Shown one piece after another: positions 28,550-38,000 of a DNA stretch of 64,000 nt. The position numbers and the translations under genes are program-made. Position 1 is the stretch's first letter; each line of letters begins with the position of its first letter. Below the pieces are notes generated by a model. That model did no database searches and was not told the origin of the DNA. It was given only the letters and a program-made list of their open reading frames with translations. The stretch spans positions 17,672 to 81,671 of the forward strand of contig CAIQCK010000049.1 of NCBI GenBank assembly GCA_903870275.1, written 5' to 3'. Source of the stretch: an uncultured bacterium (lineage in GTDB: Bacteria > Verrucomicrobiota > Verrucomicrobiia > CAIQCK01).

Positions 28550-29583
28550 GCACACTCCCGCCGGAGACATTGAAAGAAATCGACCCCCTCGTTGTCGAGC
28601 CAATTGATGACCTCGAAAAAGCCGTGCAGGACAAACGACACCTTTTCCACAGGCGGCACCTTGCGGCTGCCGCGCAACCGCATTTGCAGCCAACGCGATC
28701 GGATCAGCCAACTCAACGCGCGCCACTCGACATCCGTCAAACCGCTCACACTCTGATAGGCTGCCAGGAGCCGTTGACAGTACGCCGCATCGGGCACAAA
28801 CGGCTGCGTCAGGCTGCGGATGTCGTCCGGGTTCAGAGGTTGTTGGCGACGTGAGGCAAAAAACATCAGCGCGTCGCTGACGTCGCGCACGCGCGCCTGC
28901 ACCGCCAGGTAGTCGAAGTCGTAAAGCGCCACCACACGGTGGTCACGAAAGCGAACGTTGCCGGGGTGAAAGTCGCCATGGATGATCGAGCGCGGCAAGG
29001 TTCCGTAGAGCCGCTGGTCCAGTTCGCGGCGAACCAGGCCCAACTGCACCTCGATGGCCCCCAACTGCTCCCGCTGGACGGCGTCGCGCGCCAGCGGGTT
29101 GAGCGCGGCCAAGCAGGACGCCAACAAATCGGGATGGTCCTCGCGGAGCCGGCCCTCTTTGCCCGCAGGAAAATCACTGGCGAGGGTTTTATGAAATCGC
29201 GCGAGGAACGCACCCACTTCCGCAATCGCTTCAGAGTCGCCATCCGGGAACGGTTCGCCCTGGATCCATCGCTGGACTTCATACGTCCCGTCGTCGAGCG
29301 TCCGCACCGTGCTGCCGCCGGTATCGGCCAGAGGACAAGGCACCGGAAAGCCCGCGGCCTCCAGCCGTCGTAACACCGCATGGTCGAATTTTACGCTGTC
29401 CGCGTTTGCGAACTCATCGGGCCGGCGGCGAATCACATATCGTCCGCGGTCCGTGAGCACATTCCATTTCCTCGTGGCCGTCCCGCCCAGCGGTCGGACA
29501 TCCAGCGCCTGGCCGAGACCAAAAGCGGCAAGAACCTCGCTCACCGTCACGTTCGCCGGCTGTGAGTGCTCAGGCGCAGTCAT
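28546..29583 (-). CDS. APH-fold (aminoglycoside phosphotransferase/homoserine-kinase-II-like) small-molecule kinase
   Basis: 345 aa. It has the catalytic-loop motif IHGDFHPGNVRF and the YDFDY metal-binding motif. It overlaps both neighbours by 4 nt. Confidence 0.8.
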   Translation of the reverse strand: MTAPEHSQPANVTVSEVLAAFGLGQALDVRPLGGTATRKWNVLTDRGRYVIRRRPDEFANADSVKFDHAVLRRLEAAGFPVPCPLADTGGSTVRTLDDGTYEVQRWIQGEPFPDGDSEAIAEVGAFLARFHKTLASDFPAGKEGRLREDHPDLLASCLAALNPLARDAVQREQLGAIEVQLGLVRRELDQRLYGTLPRSIIHGDFHPGNVRFRDHRVVALYDFDYLAVQARVRDVSDALMFFASRRQQPLNPDDIRSLTQPFVPDAAYCQRLLAAYQSVSGLTDVEWRALSWLIRSRWLQMRLRGSRKVPPVEKVSFVLHGFFEVINWLDNEGVDFFQCLRRECA

Positions 29584-30884
29584 GCGGCAACCTCACTTTT
29601 CTTCTCAGATCCTGCGCGACCCCAGACCAACGCATCGAACGTAATGATCGCCACAAGGGCGATCAGCGGCAGCAGGCCGATCAGCACGAAAATGAGATTG
29701 TAGGTCCCCGTTGTGTCCACGTAGCGCCCCACCCACGGGTTGACCGTCGCCGCAAAGACGTTGCAGGCCATGCCGAGGATGCCCGCGACCGCGCCGACGT
29801 TTGCGAATGAGAAATCCTGCTGGCAGGCGGTGTAGTTGGCGAGAATCGCGGTGATGCCGAACGCCGCGCCACCGAGCATGGCAACAACCGCGATCGCGCT
29901 GGGCACGTGCGTGACCCACGCCACAGGCAGGATCAGCAGGACCGCCAGCGTCACCGTCGTTCCGCGCGCGCGGCGGAGCGTCCAGCCGCGTGCGGCCAGA
30001 AACTTGACCAGCCCGCCGCCGGCCAGATTGCCAAAGTCGGCCGCGATGAAAATCGGCACGGAGAGCATGCCGGCGGTCAATTGGCTCATCCCGCGCTGGT
30101 CGTGCATGTATTTCGGAATCCAGTCATTCAGGAAATACCAGCACGGGTTCACGCTCACGCCAACCAGCAGCAGCATCCAGAAGCCGGGCCGAAGAATCAC
30201 CTGCCGAATCCAACGCATGGACGCCACAAGTCCGCTGCCGGAGGCGGCCGCGCGCGGCTCGGGGACCGGCGGGGTCCGCACCGCGCCGTGCGCGAGCGTT
30301 CCGCGCCGCGTAACCCGGAGCCACAACACAATCCAGACCAGACCGAGGCAGCCGATCGCGAAAAAGGCACGGCGCCATCCAAAAAGTTGGGCCAGCGGCA
30401 GGATGATGAACGGCGCCGCAAACGAGCCGGCTGCCGAGCCGCTGTTGAAGATGCCGCTGGCCAGACCCCGGTCCTGCGGCGGAAGCATGTTGGCCACGAG
30501 CCGCGTGGCACACGGCCAGTTAAACGCTTCGCCAACGCCCAACACCTGTCGTGTCAGCAGCAACTGCGGGAAACGGCCCACAAACGCCGCAGCAGTTCCG
30601 GCCGCCGACCACACGAGCACGGCCACCGAGTAGATGATCCGCAGCGGGAACCGATCGGCGAGGAAGCCCGCCAGCACGTGTGTCAGCGCATAGGTCCAGC
30701 GGAACGCCGTGATCAGTTGGCCGTATTGTTCGTTGGTCAACTTCATCTCGTCGCAGATCATCGGCGCGCACAACGAGAGCGTCTGGCGGTCGAGATAGGT
30801 CAGCACCGTCGCGAGGAAGAGGACGACGGCGATCCACCATTTCCAGGCGCTGCTTGGATGGCCCGGAGTCTGCGCGAGTGTCAC
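29580..30884 (-). CDS. MFS transporter (anionic-sugar/ExuT-like type)
   Basis: GTG start forming a GTGA overlap with the upstream gene stop. 12 TM helices. N-terminal LDRQTLSLCAPMI... and FLADRFPLR motifs. Confidence 0.85.
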   Translation of the reverse strand: MTLAQTPGHPSSAWKWWIAVVLFLATVLTYLDRQTLSLCAPMICDEMKLTNEQYGQLITAFRWTYALTHVLAGFLADRFPLRIIYSVAVLVWSAAGTAAAFVGRFPQLLLTRQVLGVGEAFNWPCATRLVANMLPPQDRGLASGIFNSGSAAGSFAAPFIILPLAQLFGWRRAFFAIGCLGLVWIVLWLRVTRRGTLAHGAVRTPPVPEPRAAASGSGLVASMRWIRQVILRPGFWMLLLVGVSVNPCWYFLNDWIPKYMHDQRGMSQLTAGMLSVPIFIAADFGNLAGGGLVKFLAARGWTLRRARGTTVTLAVLLILPVAWVTHVPSAIAVVAMLGGAAFGITAILANYTACQQDFSFANVGAVAGILGMACNVFAATVNPWVGRYVDTTGTYNLIFVLIGLLPLIALVAIITFDALVWGRAGSEKKSEVAA

Positions 30885-33706
30885 TTCGCCGCTCCTTGCG
30901 CGCGCTGCCGTGCAGCCGGCAGGTCTTGCTTCAGGACTTGTTCCAAAGCTTCGATCTTGTCGAGAATGCTCATGGCGGTGAAACAGCCGCGACCGTGGTT
31001 GAGATGACCCATGCGGCTGTCACACAGATAGAGCGGCAGAGCAGCGCGGGTCGCCGCGAGTTCCTCGCGGCCCACTTTCTCCAACTCGTCCAGCGCGGCC
31101 AGCGCCTCGCCGGGCTTTTCGGCCCTCTGCCAGCGGTTCCGCGCGTCGAACCAGCGCGCCAGCCGCAGCGTCATGGCACTCTTGTCGCCGATGGTGCGGG
31201 CCGTGCGCCAGTTGTCCCCGGCCCGCTCGCGCACCGGGGCGGGCGCGGCGGCCACGGCCTTTTGCAGCTTGGCAAGCCCTTGATCCCACAGCGTCTGGAA
31301 TTGCTGCAACCGCTCGCGGTTCTCCCGGCCATCAACACCGGCCTTTGCCTTGTCGGCGAGGTCCATCTGTTCCAGAGAATTGATGAATCCGCGCCGCCAC
31401 GGACGGGGATTCCTTGCCTTCGGATCCAGCCAGAACGGCTGGGCCAGCCCCGCGTTCATCGGGTAACTCAAACCGAAATAAAACGGGAATTGCCAAATCG
31501 CTTCGGAGAAGTCACGCCACGCGGCCACGACCAAGTCCTCCTGCCCGGGGCCAAAATCGCGGCGCGCCATCGCCCGCAGCAATTCCTCGACGGACGGCGG
31601 GTTGGTGTAGGCGAGCCAACCGAACAATTTCGTGACCGGCGTGGGATAAAAACCCTGGTGATACCAGTTGGCGATCATGCCTTCGACCGGCGGCCGGAAA
31701 TTGTTGACCGCCTCGAACCGCTCCGCCCAGCGCTGCATGCAGGGAATCTCTGGCTGGGTGTTCGCCTCCTGGCTGAAACGCGTCTCGATCTTCGTCCAGA
31801 TCGGCCGGGCCGGCCGGCTTTTTTGCTGTCCTTCGCGCACGAGGTAGTCTACGGCGTGGCGATAATCCTCCGCAGGCGCTTTGAGGCTGAGACAATAGTC
31901 ATAGGCCAACTGCAACCGGCCGTCCCGGCGCGGCACCCAGAACGAATCGAAGTTAGCCATGTAGCCCAGCCGCGGATCCAACTGGCAGTACTGCTCCATG
32001 GCCTTGTCCCATGCCACCCGGTCCGGAGTCGGCGTCTTGAACGTGTAGCGCCACGCCACCACGCGCACATCCGGCCGCGCTTCGCAAAAAGTCTGCGCCA
32101 GCAGCGAGCAGGTCTGCGTCCAGGCCTGGAGGCCCTTGCGAACCGAACCCATTCCTTCGTCGAGCATGATGATCGTGCGGATTTTCGGAAACTCGCGGAT
32201 GAACTGCCGTGCTTCCTCGCGCAACGTCTCCCGCTCCTGATCGTTCGCCGGATGGGGCGCTGCGTAGAGGATCACCACCTCCAGACCGTAGCGCTCCGCG
32301 CGATCCACCAACTCCCGCAGCCTCGGCGTAAACGGCTGGTAAGTGGTGCCCTCCGGCACTTGTCCGGGCGCGATCTCCGTCGGCGGTTTGCGTCCGTGCT
32401 CCGGTCCCGGATACCAGTTCAGCCAGATCGCGTCGTAACCGTAGTGGCTGATCAACGAGAGATGCCCATCCGTATACACCGGCGCAGGACCGCAAAGCTC
32501 GCCTGTGCCGCCCCACGTCGCGCACGTCGCTCGGGGCGAATAGAGCGGCTGGCGCGTGCGCGCGTCCGGCTTCAATATTGGCCCGCCGCGCAGCATCAAC
32601 AACTCCTCCAGATGCCACACGCCGCGCAGCACGCCGTTGGGATCGTGGCCGTGGATGCGCACGCCCCCGGCGCCGGCCACGTAGCGATACCCTGCCGGCA
32701 CCGTCGGTCCGTCCGGCAACGTCCCGCCTTGCGTCAGTGTAATCGTCCTGGCCGATGGACCCGCGGACGAATCCCAAACCACCGGCAGCGACAGCTTCAT
32801 GGACTTTCGGAAAAACTCCGCAAGATCCGCAACGGCCGTCTCCACCTGCGGGCTGCGCGGTGCGGCCACGGAAATCCGCCAGTCATTGCCGATGACGATC
32901 TCGCCCGGCGCCGGCCGCAGCCCGCGCCACGGAAGTCCGGCGCGCCGCGGATCGTCGCCTCTCGCGAGCTTTTCCACGAACTGAAAGGGTTCTTCCTCGG
33001 CGCTCAACAACTGACGCCGGTCGGAGCGAGCCTCCCGGGTCAGCAGCCGCGTCATCATGCTCGCGCCCTGGATGATCGGAGTGCCGTCCGCCTCCAACGC
33101 GGCGCCGTTGGGATCGCTGTGGAGCGCACGATACATCATGCCAACCTCGGCGGGACCCGTGTAGCAGTTGATCTTTGCCTTGCGCGGATCATTTTCCCGC
33201 CAGGTGCAATAGACCGCGTAGTAATCCTCCGGGCATCGGCCCGAGGCGGCGCTCAGTCGAAGATAGACGACCGATGGCGCAAGGGGGGAAAGCGGAAGCG
33301 AAACGAAGTGCTCATAGTTCACCGAGCACTGTTCCGGCGGCACTTGCCCCTTCCCCAGGTCGTCTTTGCCGGGCGCGGTCCCCGCCTGCCAGACCAACAG
33401 TCCGGGCCGGCCGATGCGTTTGATCTTCACTTGCGCCGCTGCCAGCTTTGCCGGCTGGCGCACCTCAATCCGCTGCCCGCGGCCGGCGTAGCTTCCCGCG
33501 TCCACCGCGACGGCGGTCTCCAAATGCGTCACGACCGGGTCGGCGCCCATCCAGTGATACCACCGGCCCGCGGGCTGCGACGTGGGCGCCGTGGGATCAA
33601 TGTCGTTGGCCTGGAGAATGAAAAGCTCCCCGCTGGTGGCGCCGTGCGCAGTCCCGGCAATGCCGAGCAGAAACACCAATGTGAGCCATCGAGGTATGAC
33701 GATCAT
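30881..33706 (-). CDS. large secreted protein, putative glycoside-hydrolase-like (GH20b-type N-domain + TIM-barrel-like core + helical C-terminus)
   Basis: Start chosen at MIVIPRWLTLVFLLGIAGTAHG (signal peptide). The ORF continues open to 34828 but there it is antisense to a convincing + strand gene. The segment ITLTQGG...GYRYVAGAGGVRIHGHDPNGVLRGVWHLEELL resembles the GH20b/GH67N-type lid domain. Function is tentative. Confidence 0.6.
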   Translation of the reverse strand: MIVIPRWLTLVFLLGIAGTAHGATSGELFILQANDIDPTAPTSQPAGRWYHWMGADPVVTHLETAVAVDAGSYAGRGQRIEVRQPAKLAAAQVKIKRIGRPGLLVWQAGTAPGKDDLGKGQVPPEQCSVNYEHFVSLPLSPLAPSVVYLRLSAASGRCPEDYYAVYCTWRENDPRKAKINCYTGPAEVGMMYRALHSDPNGAALEADGTPIIQGASMMTRLLTREARSDRRQLLSAEEEPFQFVEKLARGDDPRRAGLPWRGLRPAPGEIVIGNDWRISVAAPRSPQVETAVADLAEFFRKSMKLSLPVVWDSSAGPSARTITLTQGGTLPDGPTVPAGYRYVAGAGGVRIHGHDPNGVLRGVWHLEELLMLRGGPILKPDARTRQPLYSPRATCATWGGTGELCGPAPVYTDGHLSLISHYGYDAIWLNWYPGPEHGRKPPTEIAPGQVPEGTTYQPFTPRLRELVDRAERYGLEVVILYAAPHPANDQERETLREEARQFIREFPKIRTIIMLDEGMGSVRKGLQAWTQTCSLLAQTFCEARPDVRVVAWRYTFKTPTPDRVAWDKAMEQYCQLDPRLGYMANFDSFWVPRRDGRLQLAYDYCLSLKAPAEDYRHAVDYLVREGQQKSRPARPIWTKIETRFSQEANTQPEIPCMQRWAERFEAVNNFRPPVEGMIANWYHQGFYPTPVTKLFGWLAYTNPPSVEELLRAMARRDFGPGQEDLVVAAWRDFSEAIWQFPFYFGLSYPMNAGLAQPFWLDPKARNPRPWRRGFINSLEQMDLADKAKAGVDGRENRERLQQFQTLWDQGLAKLQKAVAAAPAPVRERAGDNWRTARTIGDKSAMTLRLARWFDARNRWQRAEKPGEALAALDELEKVGREELAATRAALPLYLCDSRMGHLNHGRGCFTAMSILDKIEALEQVLKQDLPAARQRAQGAAK

Positions 33707-33844
33707 GGTCGTTGCTCCGTGTGTGTCGACAACGCGGCGCAGCGTAGGCAGCCTGCGCGCCTGGCACAAGAGCAAATCCCGACGCGGCAATGCGGCGATC
33801 TGTCTCGACACGGTCCCGTGTTTTGCGTTTGATGAACCGTCGCC

Positions 33845-34927
33845 ATGACCTCCACCGAACGTGTCCTCGCAGCGCTCGATTACCAGCGGCCCGACCGCAT
33901 CCCGCTCTTCGAAACTTACTGGGATGAGTTCATCGCCAATTGGCGGCGCGGGAAGCAACCCGGTCCCGACGCCGACATCTACGCCCACTACGGCGTGGAC
34001 ATCGCCATCTGCGTGCCGGACGAAACACCGTGGCCATCGCGCGCGGCCGTGCTGGAGCAAACGTCGACCCACACAATGGAACGCGACGGATGGGGCGCGA
34101 CGCATCGCACCGTGCCGGGCGGGTTCTTCTTCGAGGAAGCCGGCGTGGCGATGCCCGAGAAGGTTGACCCCGACAAGCTGGAATTCGAACCGCCCCGGCT
34201 CGACGCACGCTATGACGCCTTCATCAAATCGGTGGCCGACGCGCGCGCCACGGGCCGCTGTCCATTTGCAAAAACCGGCGGACCCTACCTGCGCGCAACC
34301 AACCTGCGCGGCGTCGAGCAATGGTTGATGGACATCGCCGAAGACCCCGGCTATGCATCCGCGCTTGCCAGCCGCATCACGGATCACATGATCGCCATTG
34401 GCGTCGAGGCCATTCGGCGCGCCGGACTGCAAGGCACGGGCATCTGGATCTACGACGACATTGCCTCCAACCTCGGCCCGATGATGTCGCCACAAACCTA
34501 CGAACGGATTTTCCTGCCGTTGATGACGCGCATGGTTGCGGCGTATCGCGCGGCCGGCGCGCGGCGCGTCATCATGCACAGTGACGGGAATATCCTGCCC
34601 CTGCTCAACCTGCTGGTGGCGGCCGGCATTGACGCCATCAACCCCGTGGAGCCGAAGGCGGGCATGGACATCGTTGCTTTGCGCGAGCGTTACGCCGGCC
34701 GTCTTGCTTTTGTGGGCGGCCTCGACAACGCGTTCGTGTTGCCGAGCGGCGACCGGGCGCGCATCCGCGAGCACGTCCTGGGTCGTGTTGCCGCGGCGCA
34801 GGAGGGAGGCATCGTGCTCGGCAGCCACTCCGTCGGTCCCGACATTACCGTCAGCGATTACGACTACGCGGTGTCGTTGATACGCAGCGGAGCGGCCGGC
34901 GCCTCAGAGGCCCGACGCTCCCGGTGA
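33845..34927 (+). CDS. uroporphyrinogen-decarboxylase (URO-D)-family protein, not a canonical hemE
   Basis: 360 aa. The N-terminal ERVLAALDYQRPDRIPL and the C-terminal TIM-barrel segments (HSDGNILPLLNLLVAAGIDAINPVEP, FVGGLDN) are typical of URO-D/MtaA-like proteins. Confidence 0.75.
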   Translation: MTSTERVLAALDYQRPDRIPLFETYWDEFIANWRRGKQPGPDADIYAHYGVDIAICVPDETPWPSRAAVLEQTSTHTMERDGWGATHRTVPGGFFFEEAGVAMPEKVDPDKLEFEPPRLDARYDAFIKSVADARATGRCPFAKTGGPYLRATNLRGVEQWLMDIAEDPGYASALASRITDHMIAIGVEAIRRAGLQGTGIWIYDDIASNLGPMMSPQTYERIFLPLMTRMVAAYRAAGARRVIMHSDGNILPLLNLLVAAGIDAINPVEPKAGMDIVALRERYAGRLAFVGGLDNAFVLPSGDRARIREHVLGRVAAAQEGGIVLGSHSVGPDITVSDYDYAVSLIRSGAAGASEARRSR

Positions 34928-35009
34928 AGACGGCTGACCGGCCGTGCCTCGTCATGCTGGAACCCTTGCACATGCAGTCAACAACCCTGACACTTGAAAA
35001 CGACACACG

Positions 35010-38000
35010 ATGATCAAGAGACTTCTTTGGCGATGGTTGAGTATTATTCTGATGGTCCTGGCCGGCACGGGTCTTGCGGCCGGCCAAAAGTCCCCCGGCG
35101 AACATGACAGTCCGGCGGTGGCGGATTTCACCGACCTCAGCAGGTGGAAAGCCGAAATGCCAGCGGATGCCGCCCTCTCGGCAGGGCCGGGGCGCACGGC
35201 CCGGCTGGAGTGGAAATCGAAGACCGCCGACGCCATACATCCGGCTGTTGTGGTGTTTAAACTCGCCCAAGCCGTGCCACTGCCCAATGATGCGCGGCGT
35301 GCCGGACTTTGGTTGTATGTCGAACGGGCCGGCGAATGGCACGGCGCCTGGCTTATGCTTCGCGACGCCGATGGACGTGCATTCCAGTATCGTCTTGCGA
35401 AACTGCCGGCCTGGGCAAAGGGGTGGCGCTACATTGACAGCTTTGCTTTCGGCACGAACGAGAGCGGAAAAATTCACCCGGAAGTCGGCTCTATCGGCGA
35501 TGGAGGGTCGCCCGTTCCGCGACCGCCGCTGTTGCTCAGCGGATTGCGGCTTGAAACACGACAGCCCATGGATGGAGCGTGGCTGCTCCAGCAGATCGAG
35601 GCCAGTGCGGTCACTCGCGGCGAGGGGAACTGGCGTTGGGGCCTGAACTTGTTGGCGGAACACCGCTGGCAGACCACGTCACTTTTGCGCGACGGCGAGC
35701 CGCCGTATTTGCTGGCCGGTTATCTTCTGCCGGGAGGCGGCGATGCGCAGGTCGTGTGGCGCGCGCATGCCGGGTTTCAAGGTCCCGTCATCGCCGAAGG
35801 GACGCAGCGGCTGCACTTCGACGCCCGGGACGTGAGCGCACAGCGCGAACGGATAACTCTCGGCCCGCTACCGCCGGGCAAGTATGAAGTGGAAGTGAAC
35901 CTGGCGCCGGTGGATCTCCGCACCGCAACCCCGGAGCCCTGGCACCGGCTCGCGTGGCAAGCCGAAGGGACCTCGCTTTGGGACAACGAGTCCGCTCATG
36001 GCGGCAAACGCTCGTTATCGGCTGAGAAACGCAGTGGCAAGGGATTTGCCGGCTGGCGACAGACGGTGCATGTGCCGGGGCCGGGGCGCTACCGCATGTG
36101 CCTCTACGAACGGGGCACGTGTCGTGCGGAGGCGCGGGTGGCCGCTTTTGACGCGCACTGGAAGAACGTCCCCGGCGGTGCGACCATACGCTTCAAGCCT
36201 GCGGACGCGTGGCAGAGCGGCGAGGCGGAGATGACTTTCGACTCCGCTGTGAAGAACCTTTACGTAGACCTCGTCGCGCAGGACGCCGGCCGCGTTTGGT
36301 TCGACGATATCTCCCTGAAAAACGAAACCTCTGACATCCTGGCCAACGGCGACGCCGAGTCGGGCCGCCCCTTCACACGCAAGCATTTTACGCTCTTTGT
36401 GCTACAGTCCCCCGTGGCGTCTACGCCGCCGGCCAATCGCAATTGGAGCGTTGCCGCGGGCGAAAGCCTGAAAATCCCCCTGCCCTCCTGGGCGCACGAG
36501 GGTGCCCGCTGGGAGATCCGCGATGCCGCGGGCGGCATGGCCGCTGCGGGTGAAACGTCCACCAGTAGCGTGACCTGGCGTCCTTCGCATCCGGGCGTGT
36601 TCACGTTCTGCGTTCGCCGCATGGACGGTGGTGTCATTGTGGATGAAGAGACGCTGCTGGTCGGCTGCCGCACGCCGCTGGCGGGCATCGGCGCTGCGCA
36701 ATTCTCACTCCGCGATCAGGCCGCCACCGACGCCGATCTCTTCGGTCCCGGCAAGAACTACTTTACCTGGGCCACGTATGAGATGAACCCCGGCGAGCCC
36801 AACTTCTTTCAGGCCTTCTGCAACTGGGTAGACGACGGCCGCGCCGCCGGGTTCGACCTGTTTCGGGTGCGGATCAATTGGAACGACGTGGAACCGCTGC
36901 CGGGCGTCTTCGACTTCGCGCTGGTGGACCGCTGCGTGGCCGCCGTCGTCGCGCGAGGCGGACGCGTGGTCCCGGAAATCGTTACCAGTTCAACGCCGTC
37001 GTGGATAGACAACGAGCTGCAGCGTGACGCCGAGGGGCGCGCGGACCTCTGGCCTCATGGCAGCCTGGGCACGACCATCACCTCGGTCTGGACGCCCAGC
37101 CTGCTCGATGCTGTGCGGCGCTTCGTCGATGCCAGCGTGCGCCATTACCGCAACAACCCCCACGTGGTGGCCTATCATTTGTGGGGCGTGCCCGGCAGTT
37201 GCGACTGGCCCTTTGTAGACAAGCCGTGGTGGGGACAGGTGACGGACTACTCGCCCGTCGCCGAAGCTGCTTTCCGCCGGTGGTCGCAGGGCCAATACTC
37301 CGCCGCCCCTGTTGCCGATCCGGATTGGACCCATCCCGACCTGCGTCCGCAGTGGCGGGCTTGGACACAATTCAAGGCATACGGCGCCGAACGTTTCATC
37401 TGCGACTCGGTGATTGCGCCCCTGCGAGCCCTGGACGACCGCCGCCCCGTGACGGGTTATTACGGCTTCGATTTCGCCTCGACCCGGATTGCCCAGTCGG
37501 CGCGCCAGCAGAACTGGTTCCGTCACACAGGCGGCTGTGACCTCTACTACCAAATGAACATGTGGGGCGCCGAGGCCTTGCATACCACCAAGCATCCCTG
37601 GCCGCAGGAAACCGGCGGCATGACGCCCAGCGCGGGCGAACTGGAACACGCGACCTGGCAGGCCAGCCTCTACGGAGGATTGGGCCTGAACTGGAACTAT
37701 TACTGGCGCGAGGGGATTCGCGTGGGTGCATGGACACCGGAGCGAAACGCGGCGGTCACCGAGTGGCAAAACAAGTGGGCTCCCCTGTGGCGCGAGCTCC
37801 GCGATGCCCAACTGGCGCAGCCGCCGGATCTGGCGGTGGTGAAAACCTGGAGCACCATGCACTACGGCCTGCGAACGTATTTTCCGCACCGGCTCAACGA
37901 TTACTGTTCCGCGTTTGCAGCCGTTGTCTACCGCGACCACTTGTGGCCCACGTGGTTCTCAGAAAATTGCGACCTGGATTTTCTGCCGCAGCAGAAGCTC

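Noticed and set aside
30854-33832. 992-aa + strand ORF, one of the longest in the track
   Set aside because: It is antisense to the 941-aa secreted protein gene. The translation is dominated by Arg/Pro/Gly/His/Ala with no domain-like stretches, typical of shadow ORFs in high-GC DNA. The minus-strand frame has a signal peptide, sensible composition and operon coupling.
33707-34828. N-terminal ~370-aa extension of the 1315-aa minus-strand ORF (30881-34828)
   Set aside because: This part is antisense to the convincing URO-D-family gene (33845-34927) and has shadow-ORF composition. A clean signal peptide (MIVIPRWLTLVFLLGIAG) marks the real start at 33706.
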